Assembly (NCBI GenBank): GCA_051942245.1
Contig: JAVECL010000225.1
Coordinates: 1 to 34,697 of the forward strand
Reading direction: 5' to 3'
From: Trypethelium eluteriae
Lineage: Eukaryota
Length of the DNA stretch: 34,697 bases
Position numbers and translations under genes: made by a program. Shown here piece by piece: positions 1 to 12,007 of the stretch; the first letter of the stretch is position 1, and the number at the start of each line of letters is the position of its first letter. Below the pieces are notes generated by a model, which searched no databases, had not been told where the DNA came from, and saw only the letters and a program-made list of their open reading frames with translations.

Positions 1-1154
1 GACATAGCGTGCGAATTGAAGTATGACCTACTGCTGGCAGGTTTTAGCTGGTGTGATGGAAATGACTATCGGATACAAAGACCGTCGAGGACTGTAGCAT
101 GGAAGAAATGGAAAGTGAATGGCTTTACTGGCTCATGGAAGGAACGTGGCATTTTTGTACAAATTTAGCTACAACGCAGTCTCGCCCACCACAAGTGGAT
201 AATTGATAAAGCACCATAGCAAGTTCTAGAACTGCAGCATCAGCTCGGAATGCATGCCTAGTGAATGCCTTCAAGAAAGTGAGACTCTGAATCTGATTAT
301 GACTCTGTTAAGATTTCTGCGAGCCTAGCCCATGCAGTAAGGCCTGACAAACGATGCCTACGACAGGTACACTCCTGTTGATACCCAACTGAGAAGAAAT
401 AGCAAATTTTATTGAGTGAGTTTGACCATGTTGCTGGGATTGTCCAGGCGCGTCTCTCACTGACGGCGATGTAGATGTTCTCCTCAAATGCCAATCAAAA
501 AATTTGAACGGTCTTCGTTGAGTAGAACTCTGACTTTACGCGAGCGCTTTTGCTCGCTTGAACCGTAGATACGTGTCCAGGAAGTCGCGTACAATGTTCT
601 TGAGTGAGAGAAACTCACCAAGATCGTGGCCATCTCGGCGATTCAAGCCAGAGAGCAGGAGGCAGTCCTGGCGATAGAGCCGCTTCTAGCGAGACAGGTG
701 CAGCAGGAAGGCCACTTGTAGCTCATGAGAAGACGTCGAGTGGTTTCTTGAGAGACAATCCTATCCAGTAATGCTTCAACTTCACATCTACGCGTAGTGT
801 GCGTCCAGGATAATTTTTAGTCCTCTTCCCCAGAGTCCTGCGCAAGGCAGAAGCAATGTTGAAAAAGAATAGGTTCTCCGTAGAGTATGTCATCAAAAAT
901 TCCCTGCCGATCCGAAGACCAACAGAAGCGGTCATGGTAGTAGTTTTCAACTAGCAAAAATCATGGCTCAGACGAATCTTCACTGCCGATGATAATGCCC
1001 GAGCACCAGGATGAAGAAGGAAAGTGTAGGTTGGAGGGTGGGACGAGGTTATGTAGACAGCGGAAGCCGCTAGGCACTAGCGTAATTACATAAGCTGAGC
1101 CTTGATTTTGGTGAGCGGGTGGAGCCAAAGACTGCCCGAGGTGACTCACTAAAA

Positions 1155-1186
1155 TCACGTGCCGACTGCTGCCTGCGATCACGTGA
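1155..1186. promoter_or_regulatory. Paired E-boxes (CACGTG at 1156-1161 and 1180-1185)
   Basis: TCACGTG and TCACGTGA lie 24 bp apart in intergenic DNA. The same motif occurs upstream of SNF5 (5175-5182) and in the ACP/NDUFS8 promoter. The target gene is not visible. Confidence 0.35.
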
Positions 1187-1515
1187 AATGCTCACGCCCT
1201 AATCGGACTCTCAGTATTCGATGATATCTTCCCATTCAATGGGGTGTCAAAGCTTAATAACGTGTCACTCAGCATGGCCTTCACATAGCATATAAAGATG
1301 ATGGAGAAAAGTCTTCCCATACTACGCGCATATCTGGTATCATACTCAAATTGACACAAACACATCCGCCTCTCCAACTTCCTCTGCCAGGCCAATTGCT
1401 AGCAGAGCGCTCCATACCCACTCTGCAAGATTCTATCCACTCTAAAGTCCCACCATCTTCCTCTTCCAAGTCAATGTCCCAAATCTCCTCCCTCTTGCCC
1501 AATCTCTCCAACACT

Positions 1516-4424
1516 TCACCCCGTCCTCCGCGCCACATTGTTCAAGTGCTGCCGATTCTTAAGATGCACTTCGAAGTTCTCGACGGGGAAATTATACAGT
1601 CGGCCAGGACAGTCGTTGCACTTGATCTTGGGCACGTACTGCCACTTGACGCGGCCCGCCTCCTGCTCCGCCTGTAGCTGCTCCTGCTTGATGGGCTCGT
1701 TGGTCGCAGTTGAGATCGGTGAGTACCGCATGAGGGGTTCGAAGCGGTCGCTCGGATAACGAGGCGCGAGAGAGGCGAGAGCGGTGACGAGGTGTGGGGG
1801 TGGAGGCTAGAAGCAAGAGAATAAGGTCAGCTCGGACTGAGATGATGTGTGTTTGATGAGTTTGGAAGGTTCAAAGTAAGTGGAACGGAGGACTTTTCCT
1901 TCTAATTTGATTTGGCGCCTTGGCTTTTACGCGATTCACATCTTTGAAGTGCAACATTTGGAGGAAATTTAGTAAAGTGACATAGATAAGCGAAAGAGAG
2001 TATGTATAGTATGTGCATCAATAGGCAGAGCTCCTCATCTCTAGGTCGAGTCTGCTACTTTGCGAATGATCCACTCTCCGATTAGAAAGACAAATAGTTC
2101 TGACGTACCGGAGGAGGTCCACCACTTGGCGGATTCGTTGCATCCACCCTTCCTTCCGGCGTATACGTCCAATTTCCACCGTTTTGCTGCGGTGCTGGAG
2201 GAACCTGTGTAGGCGCAGGCGTTGAACTTGCATCTCGATCATTTCCACTCGTATTCAAGCTTGGTACCTGCAGATGTGACTGCTGTTGCTGAACTCCTGG
2301 GGTCGTAGGGGGCGGTGGCATATCACCCCGTTGCGGTGTATTCCGCGCCGGCGTGGAGGATTGCGAGCCGACGAGCGGAGTATTGGATTGTTGGGTCTGG
2401 GAATGGCTTGAGTTTGTATGACTCTGTTGTTGCTGCTCTCGTTGTCTCTGCTGTTGCTGCAACTGCTGTAGCTCGCGCTCCTTCGCCCTCGCTTTTTGCT
2501 CTCGGTTCCAACGACGGTATTTCTCTCTTGGAATCCTCAACTTGAGTAGTAGCGATGGAGGGCCGTCTGGATCTCGGCTCTCTTCTCGACCAATGTCATG
2601 ACTTAGTCCAGTGCGTCGACTTGTCCGTGTTTCGTGATGATGTGGTGTCAATTGTTGAGAGATTTCGGGAGTAGCTGACCGTCCCATCACGTTGGTACGA
2701 ATTGCTGCTTGAGCCGCAGATGCCGCACCACGCATGCCGCGAGTTCGTCCTGACTGGGGTAAAGAGGGGCCAGGAGACTCAGGGGCAGAATCTTCGCTTT
2801 CAAAATCGTCTGAATCGTCGCCATCATCACCACGGCCAGCGCCGGACCGTCTTCCTCGGCCGGATTGACGAGAGTATCGATAGATTCGCGCATCCTCCAC
2901 GGTTTCTGAGGCACCAGGGAGGACGGACGATACGACCAGAGATCGCACCGTCTTTTGGCGGTCTTTAAGGTCAGGAAGAGCTGGGCCACCGCGACGATTG
3001 ACTGAGCGCTTTTGTCGCCTCTGTTCACGCATCAAAGATAGCTCCGTCCTTTCGAAGTCTGCCTCAGTAAGCTCGTAAAGGTAAGGACCATATTCTTTTG
3101 CGGCCTGGACGGGTCGGAAGACAGAAGGTACGGGTGAAGGTAAGAAGCCATCTCGTAAGTCAGAATCTTCAATTGGACGACCATCGAATGGATGGTTGGT
3201 GATGTAGAGGCTTCGCGTATAGAGTTGAATTTGCTCCCGAATGTTGTGTGCAATTGCAGTGACAAACTCTCCAGAAAGCGAAAGATCGCGTGCCATCTGT
3301 CTCGCAAATTCTTCAGGAGAGTTTCCTGGATCATTTATGTCCCACTCAAATTGGTCGACCAGCTCAAGAGTGCCGATAGTAATGTCAAGTTTTATCAGTA
3401 TTCGCATCTCATCGTTCTTATGCGCGTAGTATGGAAGGTAAGGGTCAGCGGCTTCGTCGGCAATGTAACAATGAGGATAGAAGTCCTGTAATTGTTCTTG
3501 GATCTCATGTTGAACCTGTCGAGAGAGGACCGGAAAAGTCTCCGGCGGCAGATTAAAGTCTTCTACCAGAGTCTCCGCAAATACTTCCGGTGGGACGGTC
3601 CTATCATTTAAGTTCCATGTAAAAGTGTCCCGCAACTTGATCCTATCAAACTCGATATCTAACCGCAGAGGCACCAGCTCTTCTGCCATATCCGCCTGAG
3701 TTGCTAATTCTTTACGAGGTATTCGAAGCTCTCGAGCCCTTCTATTTCCGGGTCTCTTCCGCTGGAAAGGGTATTTAATGAGGGCAGGAAGGTGCGCCTG
3801 GTGAGGTCTTTCATTTGTAGCGCCGTTGCCATAGCCAGCATAGCCATATCCAAATACAGACCCCGGATTCATCCTCCGTGCGCGGGCTATATCCCCCTGT
3901 GTGAACTCCTCCAGATCTTTTGTCTTGGACTCCAACGAAGCTGCGCGTATTTTGTCGTGCTCATTCATAGCAGCATAATGAAGATGATCCCGCTGCTGAT
4001 ACGTTTCAAGATGGATTCGATCCCTTCTTGAGGCGCCATCGCTTTCCGCTGTAGCGGATTGAGCCGGAATGCGTGAGCCTGATCGTGAGCGTTTCCTCGT
4101 CATCGCGACTCCATTGACGGCCTTCCCAGGGGGTTTCGATAGTCCATCACTGCGCTGAGGAGAGTTTTGATTGGATGCCGAAGTCGCATTGACCCCAGCG
4201 GCTTCCATGACTGCCTTGGCCTTTTGCTTTCCCTCTCGTATTGCTTCCCTCCCATCGAAATGTGCGCTTGTGACATTTTCTACCGAAGAATTGGCGGGGG
4301 CACCAGGCTGTTGGACTGAGCCTTCTCTCCGTGTTCCGTTTGCTGAAAATGATTGCGCGTTAGGGTCTTGGGAGGAAGAATCGGAGTTCTGAGGGGCGGC
4401 GACTGAGTTAGTGGGAGCAGCCAT
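1516..4424 (-). CDS. SNF5: SWI/SNF chromatin-remodelling complex subunit Snf5; exons 4424-2109 and 1806-1516 (~868 aa)
   Basis: Two SNF5 repeats ([22 protein letters not shown]...[31 protein letters not shown]...[29 protein letters not shown]). GTACGT donor at 2108, CTGAC branch point and TAG acceptor at 1807 join in frame to the 1516-1731 ORF carrying CNDC...H...H. Confidence 0.95.
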
Positions 4425-5587
4425 AGGAGGACAATGTTCAGGAAGGAGGTCGCAGTATGATAGAGGCCCGCCACAGGCGTAGCCCGATCAACGGCGCTTG
4501 GTGGAGGCTTCTAAAACATTGACATTCTGCCATGATAATGTTAGCTGAGAAGAAGGGGAGGTCTGATGTTGTCGCGTAGTACGGGATGGTGGATAGAGCA
4601 GCACCACAGTAGACGCGGCGCCATCGGACGCTCAGCCCCGGTAACAACAGTGAGGACGCAGAGGAGACAGGGAAGGGGTGTCAGAAGAAGCGAAAGGAAT
4701 GTGTACATACCAAACCAGTGAGACGCGCGTGTCCACGATCGAGACTCGGCGGGTCTGTTTGGCTTCTGGAAACAAGTGCCGAGGGAGAGGATCAGAAAGG
4801 GGGCGGAGCGCGACACAGGTCACAGCCAGCGGAGCTTCCTCCGGATAGGTAGAGTAGTGACGGCTAACAGCGGAGTGAAATACCACAGCGGATGAGATTC
4901 GCCGGTGGGTTCCGGCCGTCTACCTTTGGAATGCAAGGTCGTATCGCGGTGAGTAGCTGAACAGGGGCGGGAGGGATTAGCTTATTAGTGCGCGCCAATC
5001 GACCATTGGGTTATGTTACGCAACACCAAATCCGTCTGAAACACACAAATCCGATATAGCGCAGAGCCTCGAGATTTTACACCAGGATTTGCCAGTCGCA
5101 GAGCATACCTATACAGTGAATGTTCTAGGCTGACTCTGGACGTTTCAACTAGGTACCTTGCCTGTACGCGGCTCGTCACGTGGAACAGAATCCATACCTG
5201 ATATTTGACTAATTGCTAACTACGGCGTACAAGCTGCATTTTGGAAAAGAGGACAACCATTGTCAAGCCATGTACATCAAGTGAAGCTCCACGCTAAACC
5301 CACACAAACCGAACACCCAAGTCTCGTGCAAAGAAGGAATCTAGATTTTCCCACCTCCACAGGCCAGGAACCTCTCAAGTGCCTGCCTTGATCCTTTTCT
5401 CCAGGCCTGGAGATTTCCGGTTCTCTTCCGTGTCGTATTTCCACGACGGAGCGATTACATTGACAAGCCGTAGATAAATATTCAGGGAATGATAATGGTA
5501 AGATGAGAGGCAGCAAGAATTTCAGGCCAAGTGCGAACCGCTCCTCCGGATCCCGTTAGAAAAGATGAAGGTTGTAACAGATCTCCC

Positions 5588-6917
5588 TTAGAGTAGTGAA
5601 TCAAGTCGAGTGAATACGCTCAAACAAGCCGCAACTACCTGTTGAATCATTAGCATGCATTATTCTCTCCTCAACAGGACCGGGTAGGACTCACCTCCAA
5701 CTGCAGATCCTTATGCTTTTCCCCACACTGGGTGATCTCCTCCTGAATCGCTTGGCCTAAATTCGCCCCCACAGACGCACTCCCTCCAGACCTCCTCGCA
5801 AATGGATACTGACTGTATTCCGCCAATAGCTCATCCACCTGCGCAAATGCCCTTTCCCGACTCTCGTGCCCCAAGCTTGCTAGCGCATTTTCAAGCACGT
5901 TCGCCGCGTACGCTGCACACACCATTGTGATAGTGCGCAGATAGCGGAAGTCCATACCTTCGGGTAAGAACTGCGATGGGGGTAGCACGACGGTACGGTT
6001 GGTAAGGACATTCCGAACGCGCCGGCGGATTTCGTCTTTGGCGCCACCGTCGGCCACAGGATGTGTGGCCATGTCGAAGAGGAGAAAGTTGCGTTTTTCG
6101 GTGCGAAGGATGCCTTTGTCGACGAGGCCTTTAGCGAGGCGTTCGCGAACTTGTTTGAGTTGATAGCCAATTTTCATGAGATTCCAGGTTTCCCCTGTAA
6201 AGAAAGACAGTCCCGTTAGCCACCGATGTAAGATGGTGTTGACGTCGTAGTGTCATCGTATCACTGATGTAGAAAACTTACCGCTCATCAAATCAATCCA
6301 GGAGCTCACGCTCATCTTTTCACTACTCTTCATCATCTTCAATGCTTCATCCAGCAGTACCTCACCCGTCAGCGTATCATCAATGACTTCGATAATCCGA
6401 TCCGCGAGTGGGAATCGCCGTCTCGAAGAGTCCTTTTGCATGCTCACTCTCCCTCGGAATGCCAGTTCGATGACTATGCATCCACGTAACGCGTACGAAA
6501 TGTTATCGTTCCAAAAAGACAGGTAGCCCTGCCAAATGAGTCTATCAGCCTTCTGTCCCTTGGTAGCCTGTATAGTCTCGTGTCCCTTATCGCCGCTTCC
6601 AACTCCCCTTCCAGCAGAGCCAAATAGCGAAGAGTTCCTACCTGCTTATCCTTTAGCCCCATCAGTAACACCTCCTCCATCAGCGTCAGCTTCGGCTGCT
6701 TTCTCCTCTCCGCACTCTCACTGATATCCCTCGGATCAAATGCAATCTTGTGTCCGTTTTCACTACTTTCATAGCTCGTCTCGGGTCCGCCGCCGTTCAC
6801 TTCCGGCCGCCTGGGAGCGGGTGAGGAGACCCTAGAACCATCGTTTTCGTCATCGCCATCCGTAGAGGGACCACCGCCCGCGCCTCGGCGGCGGGTGAGG
6901 CCTGAGGTCGATGCCAT
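5588..6917 (-). CDS. VPS74: Golgi phosphoprotein 3 / Vps74; exons 6917-6642, 6528-6282, 6194-5695, 5638-5588 (~357 aa)
   Basis: N-terminal GLTRRRG, then [95 protein letters not shown], ending VFTRLDSLL. Three canonical introns keep the frame. Confidence 0.96.
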
Positions 6918-7516
6918 TGTGGTTCCTCGACCGAGATTGGAATTTTGAAAGGGCACAGGCGCAAGAAAGGGTGTTGCAGAGCGTATTTATTTCCTGGAGA
7001 AACAGGGGGTAGACCCCAGATTAGGGCGGTAATTTGCTACCTGTAAGATGTGGGATGGAGGACGACGCAAAAGCTGAGAAAGAATTTCCGAGTTTACTGG
7101 CAGACGAGAGGAGGAGCGATCGTGTGTAGCGTTGGGGCCACTGTCATTTCAAGTATTCTGCAGTCAGGATGAAGTTGGACAAGAGTCGCGTGTTGGGCTG
7201 TAGTATTGGGAAGTTCAGGTAGGTTGCAGCTTGTGGTCGTGTGGCTTTCTGAACGTTGGCAATGATGGGCCGCGGTGCGGGACGCCGCTCTGCAGGGATC
7301 CCACTGCCTTGTCTTTTGGTGTTAGGATCAGCCAACTATTAAGGCTAATGACTCTAACAGAAAATCGGACTGCTGGATATTTGAAATTGAATTGTACAAG
7401 ATGTGAGATTGGCAGGTTTCAGAGATCTAGGTATATATACAGGTGTTTCTACGAACGTCCTTCTCACGCGCTTGCTCCCGTTTTCAATTCATCCCCTATA
7501 CGTGAAACTCCTGTGC

Positions 7517-8202
7517 TCAATGGGCTGATTGTACCGTCAGCAAGTATACTTAATAGCTTGACGACAAAATCTTACCATCAGGTTGATTTTGGATGTAATC
7601 GACTGCCTTATCAACTATGAGGAACTATCAGCACAGCCATCATTAAGATGATCTTCCCCAAGAACATACCACTATGGATTGCATCTGCCTCCTTGTCAGG
7701 AATCTCGATGCTAAACTCCTGTCATGCGTAAGCATTCACTCCATTTCCAAGATGCGAAAGCTTCAAATACCTCCTCGATTGCCATGACCACCTCAACAGT
7801 ATCCAAGCTATCCAATCCAAGGTCGTTTGTAAAGTGGGAACTTGGCGAGAGCTGTATGTGTTAGCTGCCAACAACGCCACAGTGAACATATGGATAATCA
7901 ATGGGTACCTTAGAGGCATCTTGGACCTAGTCTGCACGTTAGATTACAGAATCGAGCAGACTCAACACGGCACGTACTTTGTCAAAGTTTTTCAGCAAGT
8001 CCAATATCCTGCCGGTAATCTCATCTTTCGTGAGTGCGCCACCAGCAGAGTAGCATCTTATGGTCTGGCAAGAGAGTGCTGGCGCCAATTGCCGCAACGA
8101 TATGACCGAGGACCTAGGAGCAAATCGGAGGGGTGTAGCAGGTTTGTGAGCGGAAGTTCGTGTTGCACTGCGTGCAGCTTTGAGAAATATTGTTCGGAGC
8201 AT
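7517..8202 (-). CDS. ACP1: Mitochondrial acyl carrier protein (complex I subunit NDUFAB1/SDAP); exons 8202-7978, 7926-7909, 7851-7771, 7718-7670, 7614-7576, 7524-7517 (~139 aa)
   Basis: Arg/Ser-rich presequence followed by [54 protein letters not shown], with the DSL phosphopantetheine motif. Five GT-AG introns give a 420-nt CDS. Confidence 0.95.
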
Positions 8203-8420
8203 AGCGAAGATTCTGGGCAATATCTATAATCGGACTGGGTGGGTGGGCACTGATGTTGTTGCTCTGATCTGGGTGGTTTCGTCAAAACTCTCTGGAGCTG
8301 CAGCTCGCCCCAAAATTCCTGGGTCACGTGAGCGGCATCTGACCTCCTTCAAACGCATCACCACTGTGGACTCGTTCATTTCCTTGACGCCACTCCAGAT
8401 ATTTCGCCTAATTGTTCACA
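8203..8420. promoter_or_regulatory. Compact bidirectional promoter between ACP and NDUFS8 with palindromic E-box TCACGTGA (8324-8331)
   Basis: 218 bp separate the two divergent ATGs; GTCACGTGA (Cbf1/bHLH-type site) lies near the midpoint. Confidence 0.7.
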
Positions 8421-9217
8421 ATGGCCTCCGCAAGACCACTCACGACTTGCGCGCGGGCACGGCAAATACTCTCACATCCCCTCGTCCGCAATTCGCCCTA
8501 CAGAAGGTCCCCCGCTACCACAGCTTTCTTCAGTAACAGTGCTATCCGGCATGCTACCCCCCAAGGGCCGCCACCACAGGGTTTCAGACTTCCGAGGGCT
8601 AAGAGATGGGATAATGATAGTGAGAGTAGTCTCGATAAGGCTGGACGATATTTCCTCATGACCGAGATGTTACGAGGAATGTATGTCGTCTTGGAGCAGT
8701 TCTTCAGACCACCGTGAGTCTCCCTTCAATCTCTAATCTTGAGCCGGCTTGGACTTAACGTCTGAAACGTTTCGTGCGATGTTCTCATCTCTCTCGAAGC
8801 ATCGACTGACCGATCTTCAGGTACACAATCTTTTATCCCTTCGAAAAAGGTCCCATTTCCCCTCGCTTCCGTGGCGAACACGCTCTCCGTCGCTACCCTA
8901 CTGGTGAAGAACGCTGCATCGCGTGCAAACTCTGCGAAGCCATTTGTCCGGCCCAAGCCATCACTATCGAAGCCGAAGAGCGCGAGGACGGCTCCCGCCG
9001 CACCACACGCTACGATATCGACATGACCAAGTGCATTTACTGTGGCTTCTGCCAAGAGAGCTGCCCTGTAGATGCAATCGTTGAGAGCCCGAATGCCGAA
9101 TATGCGACAGAGACGAGAGAAGAGCTTTTGTATAACAAAGAAAAATTGTTGGCAAATGGGGACAAGTGGGAACCCGAATTAGCCGCCGTAGCAAGAGCAG
9201 ATGCGCCGTATAGGTAG
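8421..9217 (+). CDS. NDUFS8: NADH:ubiquinone oxidoreductase 23 kDa Fe-S subunit (TYKY/NuoI homolog); exons 8421-8713, 8821-9217 (~229 aa)
   Basis: [21 protein letters not shown] and two 4Fe-4S motifs, [12 protein letters not shown] and [12 protein letters not shown]. Intron GTGAGT...CTGAC...CAG at 8714-8820. Confidence 0.97.
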
Positions 9218-10045
9218 GAAGCCAACTACGGGTTGTATTTCTGTGGGGCGTTGGAACTAGATACGACCGCGACTTGAATGGCACTGGCATGATCATGCGG
9301 GGCGTGGGGAATAATTGTACTGTGGATACAACGACCCCGTTCAATTTGTATATGTTTTCCGCAAAATATCAAAGAGATTCCCATATACTAATAAGCCGGT
9401 CATCAATGCCGTCTTGCTTTGTCGCAGGACCCATGAATTCATACCACTTTTCTATCTTCATCAAGTCCACACCTATCACCCTGAGGGCACTGACAAAGAC
9501 CTTGAAAACTCTCCACCTGGCAGAACCTTCTGCGCTGACCTTGGGCAAGGCAGAATGTGTGCCTGGTCAGAAGACCCATTATGAGTGGTGCGTTCGCTAC
9601 GATCAACAAGTTCATGCACCTCACCGTAGTTTTGCTAGAAAAATAGCCCACGCTGGCCGTCTGAATCATCAGCTTGCCCGCAGAATAACTGAATGAGGTT
9701 TACCTTCAAATACGTTTATTGATTCACTTCACATGGCCTTCGCTCCATTCGTTCTGTTTCAATAGATAGCGTTGATGACTTTGATGACTTTGAGTTGTTG
9801 GAGGTCTCTGACCTGATAGATTACCCCTTGAGATGTCTAACTGCAACAGGAAGGAGACCAGTATTGCAGGCCCCTCTCTCGCAAGATGAGCCGCTTTGCA
9901 TGGTATGAACGTAGTAGGAAGATTTGAACGCAGCCCTTGTTCAAAAGGCGAGCAAATGGTGTACTCTGCCCACCTGCTTGCTTTCTTTCGTTGCGTGGCC
10001 ACGAGCTGTATATGAAAGAATCAGTTGCCGCAACCTTTCCAAACG

Positions 10046-11761
10046 ATGCAGCTATATTCGGTGTTGCTCTGCCTTTTCTATCTCATTGGACTGACTTCGG
10101 CGGACTCTCTACGGCCCAGGCACCCCGCAGCTAGGAAGCTCGCGTCTCGTTCACTCGATGTGCGCCAATCGACTCCCACCCGTCCGGCGTATTACTTTGA
10201 CCAACTCGTAAGATATGGTCGTCCTGAAGGTTGCACTGTGCACCACTGACCGGGCTAGATTGATCATTTCCCCAACGACGCACGTTACGCGCCTCATGAC
10301 AACAATACTTACAAACAACGCTACTATGTCGAGACTTCTTTCTACAAGCTTGGCGGGCCTGTATTTCTGTACCTTGCAGGAGAGGGTCCCATCGATGGCG
10401 ACACGCATCTCGATTCCAGTCTCATTACCCAGATGATGCAGCAATTCAATGGCATTGGCATCGTCTTGGAAAATCGCTACTACGGCACAAGCAATCCGTA
10501 CAACACCTCAACCACAGATGAGCTGCGATACCAGACCACAGAGCAGGTTATTGCCGACTTCGACCTCTTTGCCAGAAAGGTTCAATTGCCCGGTGTCAAC
10601 TTCACTAATATCAACGCACCTACGACGCCCTGGATCACCTATGGCGGCAGCTACCCCGGCGCGTTGTCAGCATTTACAGTGAAGACATATGGCCAGACGT
10701 TCTATGCAGGTATTTCGAGTAGTGGCGTGATCCATGGCCAGGTCGAGTATCCGCAGTGGTACGACCCGATTCAGCTACTGGCACCACAAGATTGTGTCGC
10801 CAGCATCAATGCTATCGTCGACAAAATGGATAGTCTCGTCCAGTCGAATAACAGTGTTGCAATACAGCAGCTCAAGCAGATATTTGGCCTCAGTGCGCTT
10901 ACGGATATCCGGGACTTTGCCCAGACGATTGCTTTTCCTATCGGCGGCCCGTTCGTTTACCCAACCTTCACATGGCAAGAATTAAATTGGAATCCAGCAA
11001 GAGGGCATATAGACTTCTTTGACTTTTGCCGCAACGTTACTAACGTGAACGCTCCCGCAAATAACACGAGCGTCGATAATCAGCTTGCCCAATATACTAA
11101 CGGCGAGAGTTGGAAGAACTTAGGTAATTATGCTGCTTACATTAAGCGGGTTGTTTTGCCTACCTGTAGTACTGGCGATTATAATAGCGCCGACTGTTTT
11201 GGCACGCAATATCCAGAGCATTGGCAAAATACCACGAACAACTACGTGCGGAGTTATCTCTATACGACGTGCACAGAATTCGGCGCATACCAGGCTGCCA
11301 AGCCGTACGGCCAGAAATCGCTGATCTCGCGCGTCATTGACGCAAATTACACCCAGCAATGGTGCAACTGGGCCTTTCCTGCAGGTATACATGCTTTATC
11401 CGAAGTTCTGCTCCGTAATGCTTATCTAGAAATAGGGAAATATAACGCCATACCACCGACACCTGACCTCGAAAGGTGGAACGTCTACGGGGACTTTAAC
11501 TTCACAGCCGATAGGCTCCTGTTCGTCGATGGCTCTGCAGACCCATGGCGAGACCTATGCTACCACTCAACTTCCGCGCCCCAGCGCTACTGGACCGACG
11601 AGCATCCCGAGCATCTGATCAATGGGGCTGGTCATGTGTGGGACCTCCGCACGCTCGACGACGTCAGTGCTGAGCCGCAATTTATTCGTGAGACAACGTA
11701 TCTCGAGCTTCGCACCGTCGATGCATGGCTCAAGGAGTTTGCGGCAAATTCCACCTATTAA
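10046..11761 (+). CDS. Secreted serine peptidase, family S28; exons 10046-10207, 10259-11384, 11436-11761 (~537 aa)
   Basis: Signal peptide MQLYSVLLCLFYLIGLTSA; FDQL|IDHF, YKQRYY, GGPVFLYLAGEG, LENRYYG, nucleophile motif GGSYPG, DGSADPW and GAGHVWD; many N-glycosylation sequons. Confidence 0.92.
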
Positions 11762-12007
11762 TAGTCCAAGGTACCTCTTCGGCAAGAGCCATTTGTATAT
11801 CAGTCACTATTCAGGCAACATAGTCATATACAGAGAGCTATTACCAAAGAGGATTATACATACAAAAGTGCCGTGCATGAGACATTTTCCGCACAGGTTG
11901 GATCATGAAATGTGCCATTAGCCCCTTGGATTGAGCCAGCCACACATGCCAGATTCGATTATCACATCGGCCTTGTGGGACAATTTCATGCAGCTTGGTG
12001 ATCTTAC

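Noticed and set aside
1..1150. Short minus-strand ORFs; possible ATG at 5-3; possible snoRNA
   Set aside because: No recognisable protein motif and no convincing C/D box pair. It may be UTR or promoter of a gene outside the window, but I cannot support that.
9274..10002. Several ORFs on both strands between NDUFS8 and the S28 gene
   Set aside because: No family recognised and no coherent spliced model could be built.
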